Shown: in pieces, positions 10,078 to 20,112 of the stretch | How positions within the stretch are numbered: position 1 is the stretch's first letter | Layout of the letters: each line of letters starts with the position of its first letter | NCBI RefSeq assembly: GCF_006345805.1 | Contig: NW_021823992.1 | Location: 1 to 20,857 of the forward strand | DNA length: 20,857 bases | Direction: 5' to 3' | Source: Octopus sinensis | Lineage: Eukaryota | Program-made: the position numbers and the translations under genes | The notes under the pieces: model-generated | Told to the model about the DNA's origin: nothing | What the model saw: only the letters and a program-made list of their open reading frames with translations | The model's database searches: none

Positions 10078-10518
10078 GAACACCAAAATAAACAGGGAGA
10101 GAAAATAGAAAATAGAATTTATATAACTGGCTTAGCTTTCCAAAAGCAGTGATCCACTATCATTCTAAAAATCTAAGATACATCGGGTGGCATATCACCC
10201 TCACTTTCTTACAACACTTACCCTTCCCTTACGATGACCAATTACAATATCGTAGTAAACCCGGGCACAGCTTAAATTGTAATCTGATCGTAACCATAGC
10301 ATTTAATGAACGATTCCATTCTTTCTACTCTCGATGTTTAACAAAAATAGACTCTAAAATAGACAATTTGTTCTTTATTCACCAATATTTTCGCTTTTCA
10401 CCTTCTTTATTCCGTTAACACAGTTATAGCCTTAATTTTTTCTGTCTCTGTTACCCATCTTTCAATTCTTCCCTCCTCTCTTTATCTTTGTCGAGCTCCG
10501 GTAATTCCTTAATTAGTA

Positions 10519-10752
10519 CGAGGTGGTATCAAAAAGTTCTCAGACGAGTTATGTTTAATAAAAAAATGAATTATTTACCTGAGTTTTGACATCATCTCCT
10601 TCCGAATAAACATCTTGCGCAGCAATTCACCGGTTCCAGCGTTCCTGCAGCTTTTGGAATCCGGTATGGAAGTCGTTTTCCGTAAGTGAATCGAGGACCA
10701 GCGAGTCGCTCTGGACCTTGAATACGGTGTTAAACGGCGACCTTTGAGCTGC

Positions 10753-10756
<4 letters not shown>
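10519..10756 (-). mobile_element. Right end of a mariner element with C-terminal transposase remnant
   Basis: TA + CGAGGTGGTATCAAAAAGTT TIR-like end; the minus strand reads ..VLDSLTENDFHTGFQKLQERWNR*IAAQDVYSEGD, the mariner F..W..RW..C....G.Y.E C-terminus. Confidence 0.8.
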
Positions 10757-10791
<35 letters not shown>

Positions 10792-10794
<3 letters not shown>

Positions 10795-10920
10795 GCCTAG
10801 TTGGAGACCCAATCTTCCGAGTTCTCTTACAGGGCTTAGAAAGACTGAAGGACCGCTGCAATAAGTGTGTGAATCTGAGAAGGGAATATGTTGAATGAAA
10901 TCATAATTAACTTTTACCCA
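10792..10920 (+). mobile_element. Fragment of a mariner-derived MITE
   Basis: Reads GLERLKDRCNKCVNLRREYVE*; homologous to 19805-19895. Confidence 0.75.
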
Positions 10921-10962
10921 GAGATAGAATCTTTTGACCCACCATCACCACCACCTTTATAT

Positions 10963-11192
10963 CCTTTTCCTTTTTAACTTTTACTTGTTTCAGTCATTAG
11001 ATTTTGACCATGCTAGGGTACCATTTTGAATAATTTAAGTCGAACGAACCCTGCACTTCTTTTTCTTTTTCTTCCTTTCTTTTTTTTTGGGGGGGGGCGT
11101 GAAAGTGTGCTTTATCCTAGCAGTCCTAGTTTTATCCTAGTTTTTGCCGAACCGCTAATATTACGGGAACGTAAGCAAACCAACACCGATGT
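10963..11192 (-). mobile_element. Degenerate 3' half of SINE family B
   Basis: TTTTACTTGTTTCAGTCATT...CCATGCT and TTTTGCCGAACCGCTAA...TTACGGGAACGTAAGCAAACCAACACCG motifs. Confidence 0.7.
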
Positions 11193-11551
11193 CTAGGATT
11201 CCTAATAGATGGCGACACTGAACAAACCGGATGTTTTCACATCTTTTTACCATTACAGAGATATTTTCTTCCCGGTAACTGCCATGAATTTGCCAGACCG
11301 TAAAGGGAGAGCAAGTCGCTCCTTCCGTCCGTAGACTGAGGTGGGCAACTGTTAGAAACTTCTTGACCTCTCGAGCCAGGGATGCGGTGGTTTGTACAAA
11401 TTCTTCTGGCCTTGAAGTTGAGAGGGGAACACAATCTTCCACAAAGGATTTTGGATCTCTGGAGAAGCATCGATGGAGTTGTTATGACATTGTCCGTAAC
11501 ACGAAGACCATAGTTATCAGTCAATGAATCTATGGATCAATGACTCTAACA

Positions 11552-11579
11552 GCCTGTCTGTCTGTCTGTCTATCTTGCC

Positions 11580-11659
<80 letters not shown>

Positions 11660-11996
11660 ACCTACCTACCTACCTACCTACCTACTTACCTAGCAAGCTA
11701 TTTATGTACCTATCCTTCTATCTATCTATCTATCTAGCCATCAATCAATCAATCAGTCAGTTAATCAATCAATATATCTATCTATATATCTATCTGTCTG
11801 TCTGCCTGTCTATCTGTCTGTCTGTCTTCTATCTTTCTATCAATCAATTTATCTAATTATCTATCGATCTATCTACCAAGCTAGCTTGCTACATAACTAT
11901 CTAATTATGTATCTATCCTTCTATCTGTCTGTCAAGGCATCAATCTATCAATCAATCAATCTGTCAGTCAATCTATCTATCGATCTGTCTATCTAT
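11552..11996. repeat. (TCTA)n/(TCTG)n/(CCTA)n/(TCAA)n tetranucleotide tract
   Basis: Directly visible; continues after the LINE at 12801-13030. Confidence 0.95.
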
Positions 11997-12423
11997 GCCG
12001 ACCTGCCCGAGATGCGGGCAGAGCGACGAAACCGCTCTGCACGTAATCGTGCAGTGTCCAGCAATTTCCGACCTGTGGGCTTATGTCGAACGACTGCTGT
12101 CACGTGTGGGACGTGTCGGTTTATCAGCCGAGTCTATCGTTAATATCGTCACGCCTCCTTCCTTCAAACGGGAAGGAAGTGCTATTTTCATCATACTTGT
12201 GGCTATGGCGAAAGAATGTATCTGGTGGACGCGCCTGAAAGGATTAGAGACAAACACTTTCCTCTCTGGTCAATCTCTCATCAACTTCTTCAAGTATCAC
12301 TTGAAGAGGAAAGTGAGAGTAGAGAGGCAAGTTTTGTCTAGTGAATGTTTTAAAAAAAGATGGGTGAATGTAGCAAGGATGGCACGTATGAATGACGAAG
12401 CCACCTTGACTATGATTCTATGA
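11995..12423 (+). pseudogene. LINE ORF2 C-terminal fragment with CCHC zinc knuckle (zf-RVT-like)
   Basis: CPRCGQSDETALHVIVQCP (C-x2-C-x8-H-x4-C), then DLW and AKECIWWTR, typical of L1/Tx1 ORF2 ends. The ATG is formed at the microsatellite junction. The frame is uninterrupted, so the copy is likely young. Confidence 0.85.
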
Positions 12424-12800
12424 ACCGTAAAAATTAATACAGAGAGTTGCTTATTTGCAAAAAAAAAAAGAAATATAACATGTGACTTCATTGACCGAGG
12501 TTACCGTGGTCTTTTCCGTAGGCTTTTCTTTCCACGGGTAAACCTCACCTGCCCTCCCCTTTACACTTCATATTGACATTTCTGTGATAACGATCCCTAT
12601 TGATCAATTTTTTTTCCTTTTCCTTTTTTTTTTTCCTCACCTCCCCTTTTTTTATCCCCTCCCCCTTTTTTTGTCCTCTTTCTTTCCATTTACGATCCGT
12701 TTTGATCGAAAACCAAACCCCCTTCTTTTACCCCCAAAAGAAAAGCTCTATCTTGTAATTTTGTCCTGTCGTGTGCAGCTCTGTGTGGCTAATAAAGAAA
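11997..12800 (+). mobile_element. 5'-truncated non-LTR retrotransposon (L1/Tx1 clade): ORF2 C-terminus plus pyrimidine-rich 3'UTR
   Basis: Sharp boundaries inside (TCTA)n; coding remnant to 12423; ends GGCTAATAAAGAAA. Confidence 0.85.
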
Positions 12801-12963
12801 CATATCTATCGCTCGCTCGATCGATCGATCAATCTACTTATCCGTCTACCACTCTATATATCTATCTATCGATCTGTCTATCTATCAGTGTATCTATCTA
12901 TCTATTTGTCTGTCTGTTTGTTTCTCTCTCTGTCTATCTCTCTCTATCTATCTATCTATCTAC

Positions 12964-13029
<66 letters not shown>

Positions 13030-13030
13030 T
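12801..13030. repeat. (TCTA)n tract
   Basis: Directly visible. Confidence 0.95.
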
Positions 13031-13169
13031 TGATATAGCTTTGTACAATAACTCACTAACACAGTGACTAGATTTCTTTTTCCTTCCTGTTTCCCTGTTT
13101 GTGTGGATATGGGTCAATTTCTGTGTGAGATATACATATGCTTGTATTGCTTCCGCTTATTAAATTCCC

Positions 13170-13170
13170 A

Positions 13171-13219
<49 letters not shown>

Positions 13220-13299
13220 ACATACACACACACATCCTCACATACACATGCACACACTCTCACGCACGTGCACAATTGCATAGAAAAACATGCCGAGAA

Positions 13300-13342
<43 letters not shown>

Positions 13343-13523
13343 CCTGCATACACACATATATCTCACCCTCTTTATATAAGTACATATCTTTCTGTGTATG
13401 TTTTATGTGTTGTGTGCATGCGTGTCTGTCTGTATATATGCATGTATACATGTATGTGTATAAATGTGTATTTTCACACACACATATACATGGATACATA
13501 CATATGTTGGGACACATGTCATT

Positions 13524-13573
<50 letters not shown>

Positions 13574-13719
13574 CATACAAACACACATACAATCATACAT
13601 ACATGCATGCATGCATATACATACACTCACACAATAAATGTTGTATGCATATATGTGTGCATGCATATATGTATCATATGTATATATCATGAATGCATGT
13701 ATATGGATCTGCGTGCGCG

Positions 13720-13753
<34 letters not shown>

Positions 13754-13887
13754 TACATACATACATATATATACATATATATATAAATATATATAAATAT
13801 ATACATAATATATATATTATATATATATATATATATGTGTGTGTGATGTGTGTTGTGTGTGTGGTGGTGTGTGTGTGTGTGGTGTGT
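13170..13887. repeat. Compound (CT)n/(CA)n/(TA)n/(TG)n tract
   Basis: Directly visible. Confidence 0.95.
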
Positions 13888-13898
13888 ATCTTTGGCAG

Positions 13899-13971
13899 TT
13901 TATGCTGGCCGTTTCCATTAACCGGGATGTTGTTAAGAGGAAGAAACGGAGAGAAAAGAAAATTCCCACAG
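13899..13971 (+). other. Candidate 73-nt exon
   Basis: TCTTTGGCAG| acceptor and CAG|GTACGA donor; purine-rich, open in two frames; no recognisable homology. Confidence 0.25.
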
Positions 13972-14700
13972 GTACGACTGGATGTTTTGTTTTTAAAGGT
14001 TGTTAATATTAGTAAATGCCGCGCGCCATCGTTTTATTTCCTTTCGCGCGATTCGTTTCATAAGTAGATGAGAGATAAACACTACCAGGAGACGATGCTA
14101 GCCCATTAAATGTTAATTTTATAATAGGATTTGTAACCTAGTTTTTCTTGGGGTTTTTTTGTGTGTGTGTCTTTTTCAGTTGACCAAGGCGAAACTGAGA
14201 CAAAATATTGTTACTATTATTGACGTCGAGCTGGAACAACTGTGAACATTTCGGGCAAATTGCTGATCGATATTGGATCTCTTTGAATTTCTTTTCACCG
14301 CCATAATTTTTTCGAATGGTAGTAGTTACCTGCTGATGAAGAAAATCACATTCATTTTGTTCTAGAAGATTGTAGAGAAAAAAAAAAAGAGATAGGCTTT
14401 TGAAACGGTATGTAATTTTAGGCAATTGGTAGCCTTCATTGCTGACAAACCGGAAGTTGGAATTTCTTGTTTCCACGGGAACAGCATCATCATTACCGTT
14501 CTTATTCACTTGTCAACGATGAGAAAATGGAAACATTATGAAAGCTTGAATATTTTTTTTTCTTAAATGAAAATAATTTAATAAAAGAAAGCAAAAAATA
14601 ACAATTCGAAGATTAAAAAATCAAATTGAGATACATTTAAAATGTTATTTGGTTCGACACAAGTCCTATGAAAGAAATTAAATGAAATCAAAATAAACAA

Positions 14701-15040
14701 GGGTATGGCCGTGTGGTTAAGAAGTTTTGGGTTCAATACCATTACGCAGCACCTTGAGGAAGGGTCGTCGACTGACCAATTCCTTGTGAGTGAATTTAGA
14801 CGGTGGAAACAGTGGAAAAGTCTCATATGTGTATGTATGTGCGTGCGTGTTTATGTGTGTGTGTGTATTCATGCGTGTCTTTGTATTTGTCAAATACACA
14901 CGCACATACACGCACGCTTCACAACAGTCGTTGGTTTGTCTAAGTGTCCGTAACCTAGCGGTTCGGCAAACGAAACCGATAAAGTAAGTACTAGACTTTA
15001 AAATGCACAACTACTGAGATCGATTTGGTCGACTAAAACT
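14701..15040 (+). mobile_element. Degenerate SINE family B with internal microsatellite
   Basis: TGGCCGTGTGGTTAAG A box, GGTTCAATACC B box, CCTTGTGAGTGAATTT, TAGCGGTTCGGCAAA..ACCGATAAAGTAAGTAC. Confidence 0.75.
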
Positions 15041-15063
15041 CCTTTTAATTTTACAAGTATTCT

Positions 15064-15428
15064 TGTTTCTTTACTACCCACAAGGGGCTAAACATAGAGA
15101 GAACAAACAAGGACAGACAAAGGCATTAAGTCGATTACATCGACCCCAGTGCATAACTGGTACTTAATTTATCGACCCCGAAAGGATGAAAGGCAAAGTC
15201 AACCTCGGCGGAATTTGAACTCAGAACGTAACTGCAGACGAAATACCTATTTCTTTACTAGGCACAAGGAGCTAAACACAGAGAGGACAAACAAGGACAG
15301 ACAAACGGATTAAGTTGATTATATCAACCCCAGTGCGTAACTGGTACTTATTTAATCGACCCCGAAAGGATAAAAGGCAAAGTCGACCTCGGCGGAATTT
15401 CAACTCAGAACGTAGCAGCAGACGAAAT
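15064..15428 (-). mobile_element. SINE family A headless dimer (2 x ~184 bp)
   Basis: Junction at 15246/15247; homology stops at 15428, within ~2 nt of the unit boundary; no A-box head. Confidence 0.9.
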
Positions 15429-15765
15429 TGTATGCACCTGGACACTTCATCAAAGAGGTTTCCAGAGATCTTTTAGTGTTTCGTGTCTTTTATAACAATC
15501 AAACACCTAAGCGATCCACCTTGAGTGTCCACACCTATCTAATCAACACTATATCCCAGGTAACACTTACCTCTTCTAGAGCTCATAAATGCGTCGAATT
15601 TTAAACGACAGAAGACTAGGTTTTCAACCACCAACATATGACATTTTGTAGATCCGCATACACATTTTTAAAATTAACAGACCGTCAACCCGCCAACGAG
15701 GATGTAGATCGAATATAATTTAGCACATTGACACAGCCATGACTTCTATGGCATATTACAAAGTG

Positions 15766-15930
15766 CACACACACACACACACACATACACACACACACAC
15801 TCACATAACACACATACTTCTTCGTTATTTCGTATCATATTTTATGTTCTTTCCACCACATTTTTTAGTTTTTATCTTCATAGATTACTTATTTGTTTCC
15901 TTCTTGCTCATCTTTCCTGTTTTATTTATG

Positions 15931-15990
<60 letters not shown>

Positions 15991-16133
15991 TTGTCTGTCC
16001 GTTTGTCTGTATCTATCGGTCTGTCTGTCTATTTGTCTGTGTGTCTGTCTGCCTATTTATCTGCCTGTTTATTTATCTATCCCCTTATTTACACTTACAC
16101 ACAAACGCATGTATATATATATATATTATATAT

Positions 16134-16168
<35 letters not shown>

Positions 16169-16191
16169 TTATACATATGTATGTATATATG

Positions 16192-16240
<49 letters not shown>
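15766..16240. repeat. (CA)n, (TCTA)n and (TA)n tracts
   Basis: Directly visible. Confidence 0.93.
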
Positions 16241-16241
<1 letters not shown>

Positions 16242-16243
<2 letters not shown>

Positions 16244-16660
16244 ATAGAAATATTAAAATTACTAAGTCTCTATAAAAGAGATTACGACAGCGTTTACTGG
16301 AAATTATTTTTATCGCCATATTAATATGGCATTCTTATAGATATAAGATAATCGCTGCCGCTGGTCAGCTCCATGAGGCCACCGCCTTAAGATAGCTATT
16401 GATACACGATCTGTATCCATTATAACCTTCGAACAAGGGAGGTCAGCCGCTTCACACTGCCAGTCCGACAGCTACAGACGCGTTTCGGGGTATTGCCCCT
16501 TGTCAATGTAGCGCAGTCAGACCCCGCAGGTGTCGCCACTGACGTCTCTGTTCGAAGGCTTATATTTACCTAGTTTCAGTGGAATACATCCACTTGTTTT
16601 CAATAATAGAAATATTAAAATTACTCTATAAGAATGCCATATTAATATGACGATAACAAT
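16242..16660 (-). mobile_element. Short non-coding hammerhead-bearing element (Penelope-like pLTR or retrozyme-like) between (TA)n tracts
   Basis: 22-bp direct repeat 16242-16263/16604-16625; 32-bp inverted repeat 16310-16341/16625-16656 (one mismatch); central hammerhead. Confidence 0.65.
16471..16512 (-). ncRNA. Minimal type-I hammerhead ribozyme, U3-A8 core variant
   Basis: Minus strand GCUACA-UUGACAA-GGGG-CAAUA-CCCC-GAAA-CGCG-UC|UGUAGC: perfect 6-bp stem I, 4-bp stem II, palindromic stem III (ACGCGU), GUC cleavage triplet. Confidence 0.82.
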
Positions 16661-16662
16661 TA

Positions 16663-16696
<34 letters not shown>

Positions 16697-17009
16697 GCTA
16701 TAACGGAGCCCTAACACGGATCTCAAGATCTAGCCTTAGCCTTGATCTTGGAATCTAATGGTCGACCAACTATAGCACTTACCCAGCGTACCTATTCGTT
16801 TAGATCACAAGTGAACCAAGCCTCTCATATTCTTGTATATTTATGTGTGTGTAGCCAAACTTTTTAAAAGTCATAATATTTGAAGAAAGCTGTTCTTAAA
16901 TGAAAAGTTGATTATATAAAAATATCTTAAAGAAGCAAAAAGACATGAACAAGTGTATGCATGAATGTAGGAATGTCTCTATGCATAAATATACATGTTT
17001 ACACACGTA

Positions 17010-17516
17010 CCGTAAATCCTTGAGTATAGTCCGCCCTTGAGTATAATACGCAGGGGATTTTTAGGCGGCTGTACCTCTGAAAACGTAACCTTCGGTATAG
17101 GCACCCCTTCTCTAGTTTGAGTCAAGGAGGTCTATATAACGTCCTTGGTTTGTAAAAATTATACAGTAAATGTCCTTTATTATTATTGTATATATAACAT
17201 AATGCAAACGTGTAGCTTTTTTGTGCATTTTGTTTGCAAAAAATAAAGAAATAACAGTAATAACGTTTAATAAATGTTGCTTACTGCAAGTTATGGATGA
17301 TTCTTTTATGACTTCATTGCTTTCAGGCTTAGCTTAAGTTATTTTCGCGTCCGACATCACAAAATGCGTCTGAATAAACATTGCCGGACAGCAAATAGAG
17401 ACTCGGACATTGCTTAGAAAATAATTTTCATTTTTAACCTCGTATATAGTACGCATTAGGGATTTTGACCTTTAAAATTTTGGGAAAAAATGCGGATTAT
17501 ACTCGAGTATTTACGG
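17010..17516. mobile_element. Tc1/mariner-superfamily MITE (Tc2/pogo-like CCGTA termini)
   Basis: TA|CCGTAAATCCTTGAGTATAGTCCGC ... GCGGATTATACTCGAGTATTTACGG|TA; TA TSD; subterminal direct repeat CCTTGAGTATA. Confidence 0.88.
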
Positions 17517-17934
17517 TATGTATATACACGTTTATATATATATATGTGTGTGTGGTGTGTGTGTGTGTGTGTGTGTGTGTGACTGAGTAGATACCAAATA
17601 CGTGTATGTGTTTACTCAATATTTATGTCTTTCCTTTTTGCAGTCGGCCATTCACATTTATAAGTGTACCAGCCATTTTTTTAAAATATATGAATAAAAT
17701 ATATAACCCTTTAAGTTGGTGCTCCAGCATGGCTGCAGTCAAATGGCTGAAGCAGTTAAAGACAAAGTTAAACGAAAAACGGAATTTGCAAATTGACTGA
17801 TAATGGCATGAAAAATTTAACAAATAACAACCACGCATCATATTCATTAACTGACGTCAGCAAAAATACTGACCAATCACAAATTGTTTTTTTGTTAATC
17901 AGTTAAGCTTTGGAGGAACTTAACTCAGCTTGTA

Positions 17935-18800
17935 CAGGGTGACACAAAAGGAAAAAACGAGAATTTTTGAAAAACCCAACGAAAACAGGAAAAATCCAAA
18001 TCTAACAAAAAGAAAAATTATTGACAAATTAAACTACTAGCCTTTTAAGAATCAGTAATCAATCCAAATTATTAATGTCCGAAAATTACATCCTGTAGAT
18101 GGCGTACTTCTCTACGTATGCATTATTTTCTACTCTAGGCACCAGGCCCGAAATTTTGGGGGAAGGGCCAGTCGATTAAATCTACTCCAGTATGTAACTG
18201 GTCCTTAATTTACCGAATCCGAAAGGATGAAAGGCAAAGTCGACCTCGGCGGAATTTGAACTCAAATACCTATTTCTTTACTACCCACAAGGGGCTAAAC
18301 ACAGAGAGGACAAACAAGGACAGACAAACGGATTAAGTCGATTACATCGACCCCAGTGCGTAACTGGTACTCAATTTATCGACCCCGAAAGGATGAAAGG
18401 CAAAGTCGACCTCGGCGGAATTTGAACTCAGAACGTAGCGGCAGACGAAATATCGCTAAGTATTTCGCCCGGCGTGCTAACGTTTCTGCCAGCTCGCCGC
18501 CTTCCTCGGCGATGCATTCTACCCATCTGCCGTTGAGGTTCCCCATTGCTCGGAGCAACATCTCAGTTGATATACTACCAATTTCGTCTTCAATTCTTTG
18601 TTTCACTTCATCCAATGTCCTCGGCCGAACCGTGTAGACTCGACTCTGAAGGTAGCCTCACAAGAAAAAAATCACAAACGGAGAAATCCGGTGTTCATGG
18701 AAGGTCAGTGAACGCCCCCGAATCTTAAGATGACACGGTTATCAAACAATCTCGCACAACTGCCATTGGTTGCCTTCTAGTGGGCGATGTCACGCCATCC
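17935..18800 (-). mobile_element. DD41D (rosa/Visitor-type) Tc1/mariner remnant: right end plus transposase C-terminal part, split by SINEs
   Basis: TA|CAGGGTG terminus at 17933-17941. After correcting frameshifts the minus strand reads DGVTSPT..VILRFGGVH*P..PDFSVCDFFL*GYLQSRVYTVRPRTLDEVKQRIEDEI..WVECI (18800-18505) and CIRREVRHLQDVIFGH* (~18125-18072). Confidence 0.82.
18126..18502 (-). mobile_element. SINE family A full monomer joined to a second unit carrying the alternative tail
   Basis: Head GGCGGCGAGCTGGCAGAAACG at ~18501; junction AAAGAAATAG|GTATTT at 18270/18269; the second unit has an internal deletion and an AAATTTCGGGCCTGGTGCC tail. Confidence 0.88.
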
Positions 18801-19759
18801 ACTTTGGTCGCTAATATATGTATTCATTCACTCATTCCTCCACCTCTCCCTCCCTCCTCTCTCTCTCTCTCTCATCTACTCACAACCACAGAAGTTGTCC
18901 AACCAATTCACAACTATGAACTGAAATTTCTGATATTACCCTGGGTATTTTTTCTTTTGACTGTTGCGTTCAGTACAAGTTTTTAACAATGAACAGATGA
19001 TGAATATAAAATGAACGTCTACCCTTCATATTAGCAGAGTAAACTCGCCAAAAAAATCTGGAGGAAGGGACCCTAAGGCAGATTTGTATGCGGTTATGCT
19101 TAATCGATATCTGGCGTCCCCTGCAGTCCCATCGATGCTGAGGACGTATTGACCTGTCCTACCACCGTGGCGTATACACGAGTGGAAAGGTAGTACTTGG
19201 GAGTTAGACACCTGCTTCTAGAAACATCCCAGGCAGAGTGGCGGTAGTTAAATTACTACCTCTGTACTGCAATACCTTCAACCACGACGAAAAGGCCAAC
19301 CGCTCTTCACGTTCATCACCCTTATGGTCCCATTCCTCTCATTGTTAACATGGCAACCATCACCATTATTAACCTCATATTCATAGCTGTCTTATTATTA
19401 AACATCTGAAAGTAAAACGAAAATGTTAAGACTTGGTGTTTTGCATAACATCTCGTCAGATCGTATTTCATTTACGGCTGGTTTTAACCCGTAGTATATT
19501 CATACCTGACTCACCTTCTAGAGCCTTCTCTTACTCAACAGTATTAAAATTGCAGCCGAGTACGCTGAAATACAAATGATAAAATTAAAACGTAAAAGCG
19601 AAACTAGGAGTTTCTTTATAATCATCACAAAATACCTCTTTAGTTTCATTTCATTTTCTCTCTTTTTGTTTCTTCTTTGCTCGGCAATTTTAGCTTACTA
19701 TTGCGCACTATAACATTGCTTTCTGTAGATAGTGCTTGATATTCATTGTGAGAATACTA

Positions 19760-19943
19760 CGGGGCCCTGAAAACTTTCTGGATTTAAGGGTATCGCGAAA
19801 AGTCCTTCACAGGGCTTACAAAAACTGAAAGATCGTTGCAATGAGTGTGTGAATCTAAGAGGGGAATATGTTGAGTAAAATCATAATTAACTCATCCTGT
19901 ATTTTTTTTTACCCAAAGCCCAAAACTTTTCAGCACCCCTTCG
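19760..19943 (+). mobile_element. Mariner-derived MITE
   Basis: TA|CGGGGCCCTGAAAACTTT ... AAAACTTTTCAGCACCCCTTCG|TA imperfect TIRs; internal KLKDRCNECVNLRGEYVE* remnant. Confidence 0.8.
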
Positions 19944-19960
19944 TATATATATATATATGA

Positions 19961-20025
19961 TTTTTGATTTTTGATTTGATTTTCCAGTTTCAGCTAATGA
20001 GCTGTGGCCATGCTGGGGCACCGCC
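19961..20025 (-). mobile_element. Short 3' tail fragment related to the family B tail, with (AAATC)-type terminal repeats
   Basis: Minus strand GGCGGTGCCCCAGCATGGCCACAGCTCATTAGCTGAAACTGG followed by AAAATCAAATCAAAAATC. Confidence 0.65.
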
Positions 20026-20097
<72 letters not shown>

Positions 20098-20112
20098 ATA
20101 TATGTATATATG

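Noticed and set aside
13064-14067. Long ORFs rich in YI/HT/CV/LSIY (also 56-316, 1350-1880, 11524-11856, 15739-16324)
   Set aside because: These are translations of di-, tri- and tetranucleotide microsatellites.
14333-14345. CTGATGAAGAAA hammerhead-like core
   Set aside because: No stem II between the core and GAAA, and no closing stems.
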